From NCBI GenBank assembly GCA_030390025.1, contig CM059438.1, positions 60,390,001-60,454,000 on the forward strand: 64,000 nt of DNA. Direction: 5' to 3'. Position numbers and translations under genes: made by a program. Under the pieces are notes generated by a model, which was not told the origin of the DNA, did no database searches, and was given only the letters and a program-made list of their open reading frames with translations. Positions 13,905 to 25,759 of this stretch are shown here, piece after piece. The number at the start of each line of letters is the position of its first letter. Positions within the stretch are counted from its first letter, which is position 1. Source of the DNA: Squalus acanthias (Eukaryota).

Positions 13905-14142
13905 TCAAACACGAGCTGTGCAGTGTCAGGTGGGAATGGATTTTACCCAAGTGTGCTGTGTACATGTCCAGGAGCTGAGACACACATAAGCTGTATAGTA
14001 TTGGATGGGAGTGAATTGCTCCCTTTTACTCTGTGTGCTGTACATGTATAGGAGCTGGCACACGCACACACGAGCCGTACAGTACCAGATGGGAGCACAT
14101 CTTTCACTTTTGCCCAGTGTGTACTGTACAGGAGCTGGCACT
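13905..14142. repeat. Diverged tandem repeat, about 3 copies of a 75-80 bp unit
   Basis: Recurring motifs GAGCTGT..AGT...GATGGGAG and GTGTGCTGTGTACATGT..AGGAGCTG near 13914, 13988 and 14072. Confidence 0.65.
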
Positions 14143-14687
14143 TTTTATTTTGTAGGTAAAACTCCCTCTTTTTCAAGGTATTTTCACACTGTCCCGTTTT
14201 TCGGGGGAGGATCTCTCTGCACCAGCCCCAGTGGCCTGTCCTGCTCCCAGGCCTCCATGGTGCTGCTCTGAAAGTGATGACTAACAGCAGAACAAGACCG
14301 GCCTGTAGTGACTCTCTCCCCCATCGGCCTCCCCTCGCCATGAGAGAGAGACCAAGCCTGCAGCTCCTCGTAATAGTGCAGCTGAGATTAGGAGCTCAGT
14401 GCTGAGGTTGGTGGCCATGAACCATCTCTGTGGAGCAGAGCCGGTGTAAGCAGTGAGGGACACACGAGGAACCAGATCCAGCTCATTCCCCAAGTTCACA
14501 CGTAGCCGCCTAGCCCACACGTCAAGAACAGGCCATTCAGCCCGTCTGCTTCCATGCACCGTGTACGATCTACCTTAGGATGGCCGGTATCGCACCTGCT
14601 TAATCCCGAGGGTAAATTCTGCAGAATTACTCCCCGAGCCCCAAAGCTAGTCAAACGAATCTGCGTTGATTGCCGTTAACGGATGGC

Positions 14688-14850
14688 TAGATTTTTAACT
14701 CGGCGGCCAGGCGTGAAGCTGCCGTTGCGTATCAGCCACTCGTTATAGAAACTGACCGGTTTTCATTTCCGTTGAAATCGATTAGAAATGAAAAATCGGG
14801 CCCTTTCTGTAACAGACGGTTTTAAGCTCGGGCGACAAGTTGAAAAATCG
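14688..14850. mobile_element. Diverged palindromic MITE (family related to 43831-44311)
   Basis: Inverted symmetry: GATTTTTAACT...TTTTCATTTC / GAAATGAAAA...AGTTGAAAAATC. Confidence 0.5.
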
Positions 14851-16314
14851 ATCTGCGAATGTTTCCTGAAGAAACACGACTCCCGAGGGTGGAGGCCCTC
14901 GATAATGAGCAGGTTAAGAATTGCTCTGGTCACTGTGTGTAGCAATGTCCTAAATCTGTTCACTCTTTTAATACATATTTGATGTTTCACTAAGTGGATC
15001 AAAGAGAGGAAATCTTCACAAAAGCACTTGCAACGCCACCACAAACGGCAGCCAGAGCAATTACAGAATCACAGACCTCACGCTGCCCATTGTGCCTCTG
15101 CTGGCTCTATATCTCCTGTAATCTAATTTCCTGCTCTTCCCCCCACACCCTTTCATGTGTGTTCAGCTAATTCTCTCTTGTATGCCATGATTGAGTCAGC
15201 TTCACCAGAATTCTGACCCCCTAGGAGTGTTGCTCGACCAGAGACAGGTACAGTTGGGTCTCACCAGAACTCTAGAACTACTGAATATCCACCCCAGTGA
15301 ATGAGGCCCAGCCTGGATTAGTTCCACAGGGTAAGATTCGACTCTACCTTGCATATTATCCTCATTAAAAATCCATTTTCCATTCCATTAACTCAGTGTA
15401 ACAGCGGCCAGGATTCTGTCTGATGCCCCTGTATTACTAGAAAGGCTCGGCTCACATTTCCCCTTTCTAGGCCCTGGCACTGTCCTGATACCCATGGGCT
15501 CTTTCCAGCTTCATTTTCATATAAAACCTGAAAATCTGACAAAAACTTAAGAGTCGCAAATGCAACAAGGCAGACCTGCACCCACGGGTACGGTGTTGAC
15601 CCTTTGACTGGAACACCCACTTTTCTGTAGGTCTAAAAGTGGCTTGGAGGGTGGAATAATAAAACAAGATTCTCTCTCGGAGATCATCTCTCTCTCCGGG
15701 AGGATGCAGGCAATGGGCTGAAATGTAGTGATAGGGAGCTACTCTTTGTTTGCAGATACACAACTGGATTGTGTAAGCTGTGTTAAAAAATCTCCATTAT
15801 ATCACTCGGGAGCAGGCTAATTACGATGAGAAAGGTGAGAATACAGGCACATTATCGGGGAGTCGTAGGGTATGTTGTTGGGGTTGTGACTGGCGGAAAA
15901 GTTGATGGAAACAGATCAAGAACAAACATGACTAGATGTTGTGATGGGATGGGCAGGTGTAACATGGGATAGTCCACCTATCGAGGGACCAGAAAGTAAA
16001 GTCAGCAACCTTCAGACTGAAAAGGTACATAGAGAGTGAGAGAGATCCCTTGTGAGATATTGTCATTCAGTGCTATTTAACAAAACCATCATCCTGTTAA
16101 CTGATTAACACCTTTGTTAAGATAGCAGATAAAAGAATTTCATATGAACGCATTAATACATCTGTTACAAATACTGCACAGCATGATGTTAACTGAAATG
16201 TACCTTTCAACCTGTTGACAGAGAAAGTCATACCTGAGTTCAGAGCAGTCTTGTTTCATCAATGTTTAGTCTGGAACTTTTGAAACAGGGTAAAATGTAA
16301 ATTTAAGCTTTCAA

Positions 16315-16960
16315 TGGCTCAGCTGGTCAAACCTGTGAGTAGCTGAGACGTAGGCCACGATTTCGCCGACCGAGGCGGGTCCGGGGCAGCCGGGGTCGGT
16401 GTCGCGGTCCAGCCCGCTGCCTGCTCCAGCCCGCACTCTCCAAGTGATTTTACGTTAACAGGGCTTGTTAAGCTCGCCCAGCGAGGTTCCTGGCCAATTA
16501 AAAGGAAGCGGGTCTGATGACATCATTTGATGACGCGGCATCAGCCGGTTTCCTTAAAGGGGCCATGTCCAAATTGATTTTGACAGTTCTGCAGCGCCGG
16601 CAAAATTCAGCCCATACAGACCAGGAAGGTCATTAGTTAGTTTGTGTTGAATTAGTTTATTTTAGCCAGGGCAGAGGTCGGGATACCACAATTCACCTCA
16701 ATGCCCTGGATTAGGAAAAATCAGCAAGTGTCTCCAATCCTGATCGTTATTCTTGAATCTTCCCTGGAGAAAGTGTGAGTGAGGGTGTGAGGACAGGATT
16801 GGGGCTCTGCTGTGATGCACCCCATGGTCCTATAGCCGACCAATACTCATCGTCTTAGGTTTTCACATGAAAAATGGGCACTTGGCTGAGGTACTAATGG
16901 GTGGCCAAGCGCATGGAACCGCACCACAGCAAGGAGTCGATGCTTTCAGGTGGGGAGGGG
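16315..16960 (+). mobile_element. Old SINE-like interspersed repeat (unnamed), interrupted by a MITE; related copies near 41085-41400 (-) and 58260-58460 (+)
   Basis: Within-window similarity between 16611-16745 and 58278-58415 (CATACAGACCAGGAAGG...TTAG...CAGCCAGGG...CAATT..CCTCA...TGGGTTAGG). A-box-like TGGCTCAGCTGG at the start. Confidence 0.55.
16352..16613. mobile_element. PIF/Harbinger-like MITE inserted in the SINE-like repeat
   Basis: Imperfect TIRs AGGCCACGATTTCGCC / GGCAAAATTCAGCCC, GC-rich interior. Ends resemble those of 60617-61461. Confidence 0.55.
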
Positions 16961-17138
16961 AGGAAGTTGGCAGAAAGGGGAGGAAGGGAAAAAAAATGCA
17001 AATTTAATGAGGAAGCCAGTATGAGAAAGGCTGTCATTAAATCACTGCAAGTAGAAGCTTGAAGCTTCAATGACATGGATGAACATTTCCTGCTTAAATG
17101 CCTGTCTCGTAAACACTGCTCTCTTTCTTGGTATCTAG

Positions 17139-17294
17139 GGCGAGTACACGCTGCCAAACACTAACTTCTACATCCCTACTCTCTACCTCCCATACTGGAT
17201 GACCACCGGGAGCTACAAGGCAATGGGAGTCCTGACCAGCAACAAGCAGGAGCTGGCCTGTCTCAAAGTCTCTTTCTCTCTGAAGCCGGAATGA
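17139..17294 (+). CDS. GM2A: GM2 ganglioside activator protein, last coding exon: GEYTLPNTNFYIPTLYLPYWMTTGSYKAMGVLTSNKQELACLKVSFSLKPE*
   Basis: Pyrimidine tract plus TCTAG acceptor, phase 0 continuing the previous exon, stop TGA at 17292-17294. Matches the recalled GM2A C-terminus (GxYxLP...LPxWLTTGxY...LxCxK). Not in the ORF track. Confidence 0.93.
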   Translation, partial: GEYTLPNTNFYIPTLYLPYWMTTGSYKAMGVLTSNKQELACLKVSFSLKPE

Positions 17295-18090
17295 TCAGAT
17301 CCAATCAGTACCCTTCCATTCCAGAAGCTGCATCTTCTCGGAGGCGCAGAATGGGAAATCGTCAACATTGCTTTTAACCTCCGCCCACCTAAGTTATGCC
17401 AACCTCAGTGCTGGCTGTCTAGTGTTACTTTGCTTCTCTCTAATACTAACAGTTGTCCTGCAGCAGTGAAAGCATTGTTTCAGTTCTAAGTTGAATCGGG
17501 CATGTCTCCAGCAGTCTGACACTGCCGCCCCCATGAAGAAGAACTACACTATTTGCCTTTGCTTGTCAGCTCTGAAAGGCCTCGTCACCAGGCAGTGTTT
17601 CATTCAGCAGAGAACTGGGACTGCTGGAAAAATGGCCCAGGAAACTTTTACATTTTTTTTTATGTTGTGATCCCAGGAAGAGCAGGAGTGCCCCTTCAGG
17701 TCCCCCACTCAAAAAACACTCAGTCTCACTGCCAGCCCGCTTGAGGCCCCCGCCCCCTCACTCCCCAGACCTGACCTGCCACCCACAGCCGGCTCAACAC
17801 AGGGGCCGATGGATTCCTCGCCTGCCCACCCACATTCGGCGAGCTGCAGCATGTTGATGACGTCAGAATCCGTCTTCGTCTCACGCTGGGCCACCAGACG
17901 GGTAGAGGGCACCCTGCCAACTTTGCACCTGTTTCGGGCAAAAACTTGAAGAACGCCCCCCCCCCCCCCCCCACCCAGCTGTGTCAGATAGATGGGGCTC
18001 ATGGGGTGCACAAAGCCTGCGAGCCACAGTTTAAACACCTCTATACAGTCACAGAGCGTCATCCTTACCCGATCAATAAACAGCAACCCC

Positions 18091-18430
18091 ATATAGAATG
18101 ATACAGCACAGAAGGAGGCCATTCGGCCCATCGTGCCTGTGCCAGCTCTTTGGTGGAGCTATCCAATTAATCCCACTCCCCTGCTCTTGCCCCGTAGCCC
18201 TGCAAATTGTTTCCCTTCAAGAATTCATCCAATTCCCTTTTGAAAGTTACGACTGAATCTGCTTCCACCGCCCTTTCGGACAGTACATTCCAGATCATCA
18301 TAACACGCATTTAAAAATAATTCTCAACTCCCCTCTGGTTCTTTTGCCAATTATCTTAAATCGGTGGCCTCTGCTTACTGACCCTTCTGCCAGCGGAAAC
18401 AGTTTCTCCTTATTTACTATATCAAAAGCC
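18091..18430 (-). mobile_element. CR1 LINE 3' end fragment within the probable GM2A 3' UTR
   Basis: ATAGAAT tail plus ACAGCACAGAAGGAGGCCATTCGGCCC. Closely matches 25760-26110. Confidence 0.88.
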
Positions 18431-19010
18431 TTATAATTATATGGAATTACTCAGCCGATTGACAGCATACATTACGGTTACTTCAAACTAACCAGCACTT
18501 CAACTGATGCCATAGGATAGTCAGAATCAGATAAATTGCAGCAATGCAGGTTATTAGTTGGTGTATTAAAGATAGGATGTATGTTCAAATGGTTAAATAC
18601 GGCTGCATCTGTCACATTATTCCTGTGATTGAGGCTGATTCGTACACATTTTTTCTATGATCCGTCTTTCATCGAACATTAGCAGCATTCCAGGAGATTT
18701 GCCATCCTGCTTTTTAAAGGGGCATCATGAAAGAGCGTCTGCAAAATTATTTTGGGGGGCAGGGGGGGAATGGGAAGAGACCCATGCATCAATTTTACTA
18801 CAATCACATGACACTCCAGTACACGATGATGTATGTCAAGATTTACCTCGTCGCATTCTGTTTGCAAAAAAAAAATACTTTGCTAAATACTTTTTTTCAT
18901 GAACCTTTAAGCAGGTGCCAGAATCTGGACCTTCAATAATGCTTCTGTTTGTAAAATTTCATGTTGAATTTGTTTTAAATGAATGAAATGAACATGCCTT
19001 GCATTCATAA

Positions 19011-19016
19011 AATAAA
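19011..19016 (+). terminator. Candidate polyadenylation signal of GM2A (AATAAA); alternative at 18075-18080
   Basis: AATAAA follows an AT-rich stretch and precedes a GT/T-rich downstream element (CTGTCTGCCTTTGTG...CTTTTTCTTT). Confidence 0.5.
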
Positions 19017-19093
19017 AGTTCTGTCTGCCTTTGTGACACTTTCTCTGGATCTTTTTCTTTAATGTGACAGGTCCCATCATCCTATCATTGTCC

Positions 19094-19275
19094 GAGCACA
19101 AAATCTAGGCTGACATCAAATTGCAGCACTGAGGGAGTGCTGCACTGGCGGAGGTGCCGTCTTTCAGATGAGACGTTAAACCGAGGTCCCATCTGCCCTC
19201 TCAGGTGGACTTAATAAATACCATGGCACTATTCAGAGAGAAGGGGAGTTCTCCCCAGTGTCCTGGCCAATACTC
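19094..19275 (+). mobile_element. SacSINE1/DeuSINE-like SINE fragment
   Basis: Core GAGCACAAAATCTAGGCTGAC...GAGGGAGTGCTGCACTG...AAACCGAGG, shared with at least six other copies in the window. Confidence 0.8.
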
Positions 19276-20624
19276 ATCCATTCCCTGCCCTCCCAACTCA
19301 TTTTCCTCAAGGTTTTCTGACAGGATGCCCAAAGAAGAGAAGGATCTGAGGGTGCTATGCAGCAAGGCAAGGAACATAGCAATTAGTAGATGACAAAAGA
19401 CCACGGTCTATCTAGTTCACCCTCTACCATCCTGGTAGTCACATGATACAACGATAATGAAATTGCTGACTAATCATAGCAATCAATCTCCATCAATTAG
19501 TCTACAACAGACCCAGACATGACACAAGGAAAACTCCAGTGGTGGAGAGCTTTGGGATCCATTGGTCCAAATTCACCTGTTCCTCCCAACCATGCTACAC
19601 AGACCACATGTCATGTCTCAAATACTGTATCACCAAATATTCTTTTCTGACAGAAATCTATCTAATTTGCATTTGAATGAACCGACACTAACTGCTTCCA
19701 CCATCTCCCTAGGGAGTCTGATCCATAAATTGACCAAGGATGACCTGAAAAGGTAAATCCCACCTTTCTCTTTCAGCCTCTTTATGGATTTTCAGTCCGA
19801 AAGGGGCGGAAAGAGGCAGCTGGTCAGGTGGTTAAAACTGCGAGGCCTTGGGGCCCGTACACCAGCTGGATAAGAGGCAGGGACAGGGTTTGGGAGGGTC
19901 TTGTGGGCGGGGCGGGAATGTAAGGAAGGAACCTGGGGCAGCAGAGCTCCAGAGTTTCCTTGTTGGGCCCCAAGAAGCACTCTTGCCCCTCCTGGTTCCA
20001 CAGAGGACAGTTTAACACTTAGCTTTTCAGAGCAGCTTTCACTATGTGGGGGGAGGGGGGGGGGCACAGTGGGCACCCACTCAGACTGCAGTTTAAAGAC
20101 CATCGGAGTCCCATTAATGATTTGCATACAAGTAGGTGGGATCCTCACAGGAACAGTCCCTCAAGTCTGTTCCGCCATTCAATTAGCTCATCAGTGATCT
20201 ATCAGAACAGTGGCGTTAAAATCCCCACAGAGTCAGGTAATTCACTTGACTCTACATTTAAATGACACACACCACCACCCCCCACTGGCCCGGTTTCTGC
20301 AGGTTAGGGGGATTTAAAATTGCCCCTAACCTGTCAGTAAGTCAACAAATATGCAAGACTTCGGAAATCTCAGGATAGAAGTGCGTAAATCTGACCCCCC
20401 TCATGGACCGCAGGGGGTGCGGGGATCCAGTTCAAAAACCCTTGGTCTACTAGAGACAGGCAAAGTACACTGTGGGGTAGTGTGCACTGCAGGAGCAGCA
20501 GTTTGTCAACCTTCAGTGTGGCAGTGTGTAGATATTTGAACTGATTCAGTACACCGAGGTGCACCTGTTCTTCTGTTCCTGCGCTAAACATCAATCCAGC
20601 TCTCGTTCTGCTCCAGTCATAGGA

Positions 20625-20815
20625 TGGGATATGTTAGGGGGAATTAAATACGTGGGGTTACAGGGGTAGGGTGGGATATGTGTACTGTGGGGATTAAAGC
20701 AGGGACAGGGTACTGGATTTGGATGATCAGCCATGATCGTATTGAATGGCGGAGCAGGCTCGACGGGCCGAATGGCCTACTCCTGCTCCTAGATTCTATG
20801 TTTCTATGTTTCTAT
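20625..20815 (+). mobile_element. HE1-like SINE piece fused to a CR1 3' end with (TTTCTATG)n tail
   Basis: TAAATACGTGGGGTTACAGGGGTAGGG, then GATCAGCCATGATC...GGAGCAGGCTCGACGGGCCGAATGGCCTACTCCTGCTCC and an octamer tail. Confidence 0.65.
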
Positions 20816-20879
20816 AACCTTGTAGCTCACTGAAAGTCCACCTACTGAGTGCAGTCTATGAAACTTCTTCAGTTTCAGA

Positions 20880-21250
20880 CTTGTTTTCAAATCACTCCAT
20901 GGACTCGCCCCTCCCTATCTCTGTAACTGCTTCCAGCCCGACTACCCTCCGAGATCTCTGCGCTCCTCCAATTCTGGCCTCTTGCACAGCCCTGATTTTC
21001 ATCATTCCACCACAGGCGGCCGTGCCTTCGGCAGCCTAAGCCCTAAGCTCTGGAATTCCCTCCCTAAACCTCTCCACCTCTCTCTCCTCCTTTAAGACGC
21101 TCCTTAAAACCTACCTCTTTGACCAAGCTTTTGGTCACCTGTCCTGATATCTCAAGTGGCTCGGTGTTAAATTCTGCTTGATATTTGCTCCTGTGAAGCG
21201 CCTTGGGACAGTTTACCACTTTAAAGGCGCTATATGAATACAAGTTGTTA
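20880..21250 (+). mobile_element. L2 LINE 3' fragment
   Basis: Matches 13170-13540. Confidence 0.88.
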
Positions 21251-21446
21251 TATTGTTGTATTGAATCCTTGAACAAGAGATGGGTTTCTCCTGCAATCTG
21301 CCAATATCCCAGCAAGAGGCTTTGTGGAACACTGAAGTAACCAACAGTGACAGTGACAAGAAAGACCATACTCTCTTTACGATTCCCACTCTGCCTTCAA
21401 TTTTTGCATCCATCTTAGCCACTGTGTTTGATGTACTTTGTTTAAA

Positions 21447-21824
21447 AAGAAAAGACTGGCATTTATATAGCGCCTTTCACGGCTTCAGGGCGTCCCAAAG
21501 CCAATTAAGTACTTTTTTGAAGTGTAGTCATTGTTGTAATGTAGGAAACGTAGCACCCAATTGGAGCACAGCAAGCTCCCACAAAGAGCAATGTGATAAT
21601 GACCAGACAATCTGTTTTAGTGATATTGGTTGAGGGATATTTATTGGCCAGGACACCAAGGAGAACGCCCCTACTCTTTTTCGAAATAGTGCCATGGGAT
21701 CTTTTACGTCCACCTGAGAGGGCAGACGAAGCCTCGGTTTAAAGTCTCATCCAAAAGACGGCACCTCCGACAGTGCAGCACTCCCTCAGCAATGCACTGG
21801 AGTGTCAGCCTAGATTTTGTGCTC
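21447..21824 (-). mobile_element. SacSINE1/DeuSINE-like SINE
   Basis: Reverse complement of the shared SINE body, with tail GACTGGCATTTATATAGCGCC. Confidence 0.85.
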
Positions 21825-22572
21825 TCTGTTCGATGACCTGAGAGTCATAAGATGCCCAATGATGTTAACCTCAATGACCTAAGGGTCACCAGCTAAAACT
21901 TGATGACCTAAGTGGCATGATAGAATTGTAAAAGTCAAAAATAGGACCTTATATGGGCAATGAAATGACTACAAAGGGGTGAAAAGTAGACTTGCTATTT
22001 GTCACTTTGGGAGAGTGGGAGACAGCATCCGAACCCAGCCCAGTGATCCAAGCATGCAAGTCTGTAATCAACTACTTAATTGCTGCTTGTATTAAAATAG
22101 ATCTGATAGACTCTTGCTAACTGTCTATTAATGTTGTATCTAATTGAGTCCACATGGACTTTTGAGGAATAAAGTAATATGTTGAACCGACGTTTCATTA
22201 GAAACTTTATCCTACCCATAGTGCTTGCACTCTCTGTTCTGCCTTGGCTTCACAGAAAAAACTACAAAAGCAGATATATATTCTCCAACAATGCTATTCA
22301 TTCTTTGCCCAAAAATAAAGTAGGAAATTATCTTCCAATATAAACAAATGCAAAAGGAATGGCATTTTATGGCCCTTTGATGTACTCTTTATTGCTTCAC
22401 AAACGTGTCTACATTCAGTGAATATGAATGAGGTGCAACATAGGAAGTATTTGATGCTTTATAGTTGCAGACCAATGTACTGTACAGAGTAGAGAATTGG
22501 AAACAGATGCTGTTAATACAAAGCCAACTGCATACCCACAGAAAAATACACAATATAACTGATGCTATGGTG

Positions 22573-23586
22573 CAGTGGTTCTTTTTTGGTTGAAGGACCC
22601 CTTTTCCAATCGATTCGTAATCACGGACGCCCACATTTAAATTATACTATACAATACTCATAACATGAAAGTGCTGCATGTGAAGAGTGTTTTAATAATG
22701 CTTTTAAGAAAACGTGTATTTACTTACAGACATCAGTGAGCTGGGTGCGCCTGCTTCTCACACCAATTCTGGGCACTCTGCAGCAACAGATGGCCACTAT
22801 TAGCCACTTAGTGCTGTATAATTTTTAAAGCCGTCAGTAGGCTGGCCAAGGTGAGTGAGGGCGTGAGCACCCATCCACATGCAGAGATGCTGCTGGAAAC
22901 ACGACTCGCCGCCACACTGTCCCACTGGCATGTTCTGTAACAGCTGCACTGCGGGATCGTACGTGTTTGCGTGAACACGTTCAGGCACGTGTTTGAAGGG
23001 CCCCGCGGGCACTCTGATCACGTGTCGGGAAAGAAAGAAAGACTTGCATTTATATAGCGCCTTTCACGACCACCGGACGTCTCAAAGCACTTTTCAGTCA
23101 ATGAAGTACTTTTGAAGTGGAGTCACTGTTGTAATGTAGGAAACGCGGCAGCCAATTTGCGCACAGCAAGCTCCCCCAAACAGCAATATGATAATGACCA
23201 GATAATCTGGGGTTTTTTAATATTATGTTGGTTGAGGGATAAATATTGGCCAGGACACCGGGGAGAACTCCCCTACTCTTCTTCGAAATAGTGCCCGTGG
23301 GATCTTTTACCTCCAGCTGAGAGAGCAGGCGGGGCCTCGGTTTAACGTCTCATCCGAAAGATGACGACACAGAGTCGCGGCGCCAGGGAGAGGAATCGGC
23401 TCGACCGGCAGGGAGTGCTCGTTGCAAAGTGAGTGAGAGCTGTGGGCCTCTGTGAGGAGATGGGCCCAGCCATTGAGAATAATTCGCAAGAACTGAATCG
23501 GTGTCGGTTTTATAAAGAGACTTGAAATTGCCTCAGGCCGTGGACCCATTGGAAAGTCTCTACAGACCCCAGTTTGAGAAACAGTG
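22573..23586. mobile_element. Possible old non-autonomous hAT (Charlie-like) DNA transposon containing a SINE insertion
   Basis: Ends CAGTGGTTCT... and ...GACCCCAGTTTGAGAAACAGTG resemble hAT/Charlie termini. No clean 8-bp TSD. Confidence 0.4.
23029..23365 (-). mobile_element. SacSINE1/DeuSINE-like SINE
   Basis: (GAAA)n tail plus GACTTGCATTTATATAGCGCC and the shared body. Confidence 0.85.
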
Positions 23587-25759
23587 CTGTAGGGCAAAGA
23601 GAGCTCAGGAAAGGGCCAGATACGTATTAGCTGAGTGCAGGCAGGCTCCCGAGGATGAAGCAAGAGCTTCCTCGCACGGGGCAATGTTTTCCCATATTTG
23701 GTTACTTAATATCAACATGTTCCATCTGTGGCAGATTATAATTTGGATGACATTAGAATTAACGTTTATGAGTAGAACTTAAAAAGCTAAGCTACAGCCC
23801 CTCACCTCCAACATCTATCTGCACACCATGAGGTGCTAATCTCAACTACCGCAAGCAGCTACAGCATTCTACTGTGGCTCCGCATGTACATTTATTAAAG
23901 AAGATGCCCAATTTATTTTTGGTAATTTACAAACAATAATCTTAGCAACTCGGATAACCTAATGTGACATGAGATTGGTACAATGGGTGGAGCAGCCTGG
24001 ACGTGAAACACACGAGACTTTATCACTCATTTGTAGAGGCCATGTGTCCCATCCATAAAAATGCTCTCCCAAACTGGGGCCCATATAGTATCCTCGACAT
24101 ATCAAACGTCAACAAATGATATTGTGGGTTGAGAACAGGTATTTAAACTTGATAGAAGACTAAAGAGCTAAACCACCAACAAGGGCTCCAAGAATTAAGG
24201 TAAGGCAGTTGGCACTGATGGGCACTGCAAGTTGGGGATGCAGACATGAAACAGAAGGTTTTTTCATGCATCACAAGTACAACAACAACAACTTGTATTT
24301 ATATAGCCCCTTTAACGTAGTAAAACGTCCCAAGGCGCTTCACAGGAGTGTTATAAGACAAAAATTTGACAGCGAGCCATATAAGAAATTAGGGCATTGA
24401 CTAAAAGCTTGGTCAAAGAGGTAGGTTTTAAGGAACGTCTTAAAGGAAGAAAGAGAGGTAGCGAGGCGGAGAGGTTTAGAGAGGGAATTCCAGAGCTTAG
24501 GGCCTAGGCAACAGAAGGCACGGCCGCCAATGGTGGAGCGATTATAATCAGGGATCCTCAAGGGCAGAATTAGAGGAGCGCAGCTATCTTGGGGGGTTGT
24601 GGGGCTGGAGGAGATTACAGAGATAGGGAGGGGCAAGGCCATGGAGGGATTTGAAAACAAGGATGAGAATTTTGAAATCGAGGCGTTGCTTAACCAGGAG
24701 CCAATGTAGGTCAGTGAGCACAGGGGTGATGGGCGAACGGGACTTGGTGCGAGTTAGGACACGGGCAGCCGAGTTTTGGATGACCTCAAGTTTATGTAGG
24801 GTAGAATGTGGGAGGCCAGCCAGGAGTGCGTTGGAATAGTCAAGTCTAGAGGTAACAAAGGCTGGGATGAGGGTTTCAGCAGCAGATGAGCTGAGGCAGG
24901 GGCGGAGACGGGCGATGTTACGGAGGTGGAAATAGACGGTCTTAGTTATGCTGCGGATATGTGGTTGGAAGCTCATTTCAGGGTCAAATATGACACCAAG
25001 GTTTCGAACAGTGTGGTTCAGCCTCAGACAGATGCTAGGGAGAGGGTTGGAGTCAGTGGCTAGGGAACGGAGTTTGTGGCGGGGCCCAAAGACGATGGCT
25101 TCGCTCTTCCCAATATTTAATTGATGAAAATTTCTGCTTAGCCAGTACTAGATGTTGGATAAGCAGTCTGACAATGTAGAGAGCATGAAGGGGTCGAGAG
25201 AGGTGGTGGTGAGGTAGAGCTGGGTATCGTCAGCGTACATGTGGAAACTGACGCTGTGTTTTCAGATGATGTCGCCAAGGGGCAACATGTCGATGAGAAA
25301 TAGGAGGGGGCCAAGGATAGATCCTTGGGGGACCCCAGAGGTACCAATGCAGGAGTGGGAAGAGAAGCATTGCAGGTGATTTTCTGGCTACGATTAGATA
25401 GATAAGAATGGAACGAGGTGAGTGCAGTCCCACCCAGCTGGACGATAGTGGAGAGGCGTTGGAGAAGGACGGAGTGGTCAACCATGTCAAAGGCTGCAGA
25501 CAAGTCGAGAAGGACGAGGAGGGATAGTTTACCTTTTTCTCAGTCACAAAGGATGTAATTTGTGACTTTGATGAGAGCTGATTCGGTACTGTGGAAGGGG
25601 CGGAAACCGGATTGGAGGAATTCAAACATGGAGTTCCGAGAAAGATGGGCAAGAATTTGGGAGGCAACAACATATTCAAGGACTTTGGAGAGGAAAGGGA
25701 GGTTGGAAATGGGGCGGTAGATCGCAAGGACGGACGGGTCAAGGGTTTTTTTTTTGAGG

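Noticed and set aside
17956..17972. Poly-C run (another at about 52324-52342)
   Set aside because: Simple homopolymers of uncertain length with no supporting context.
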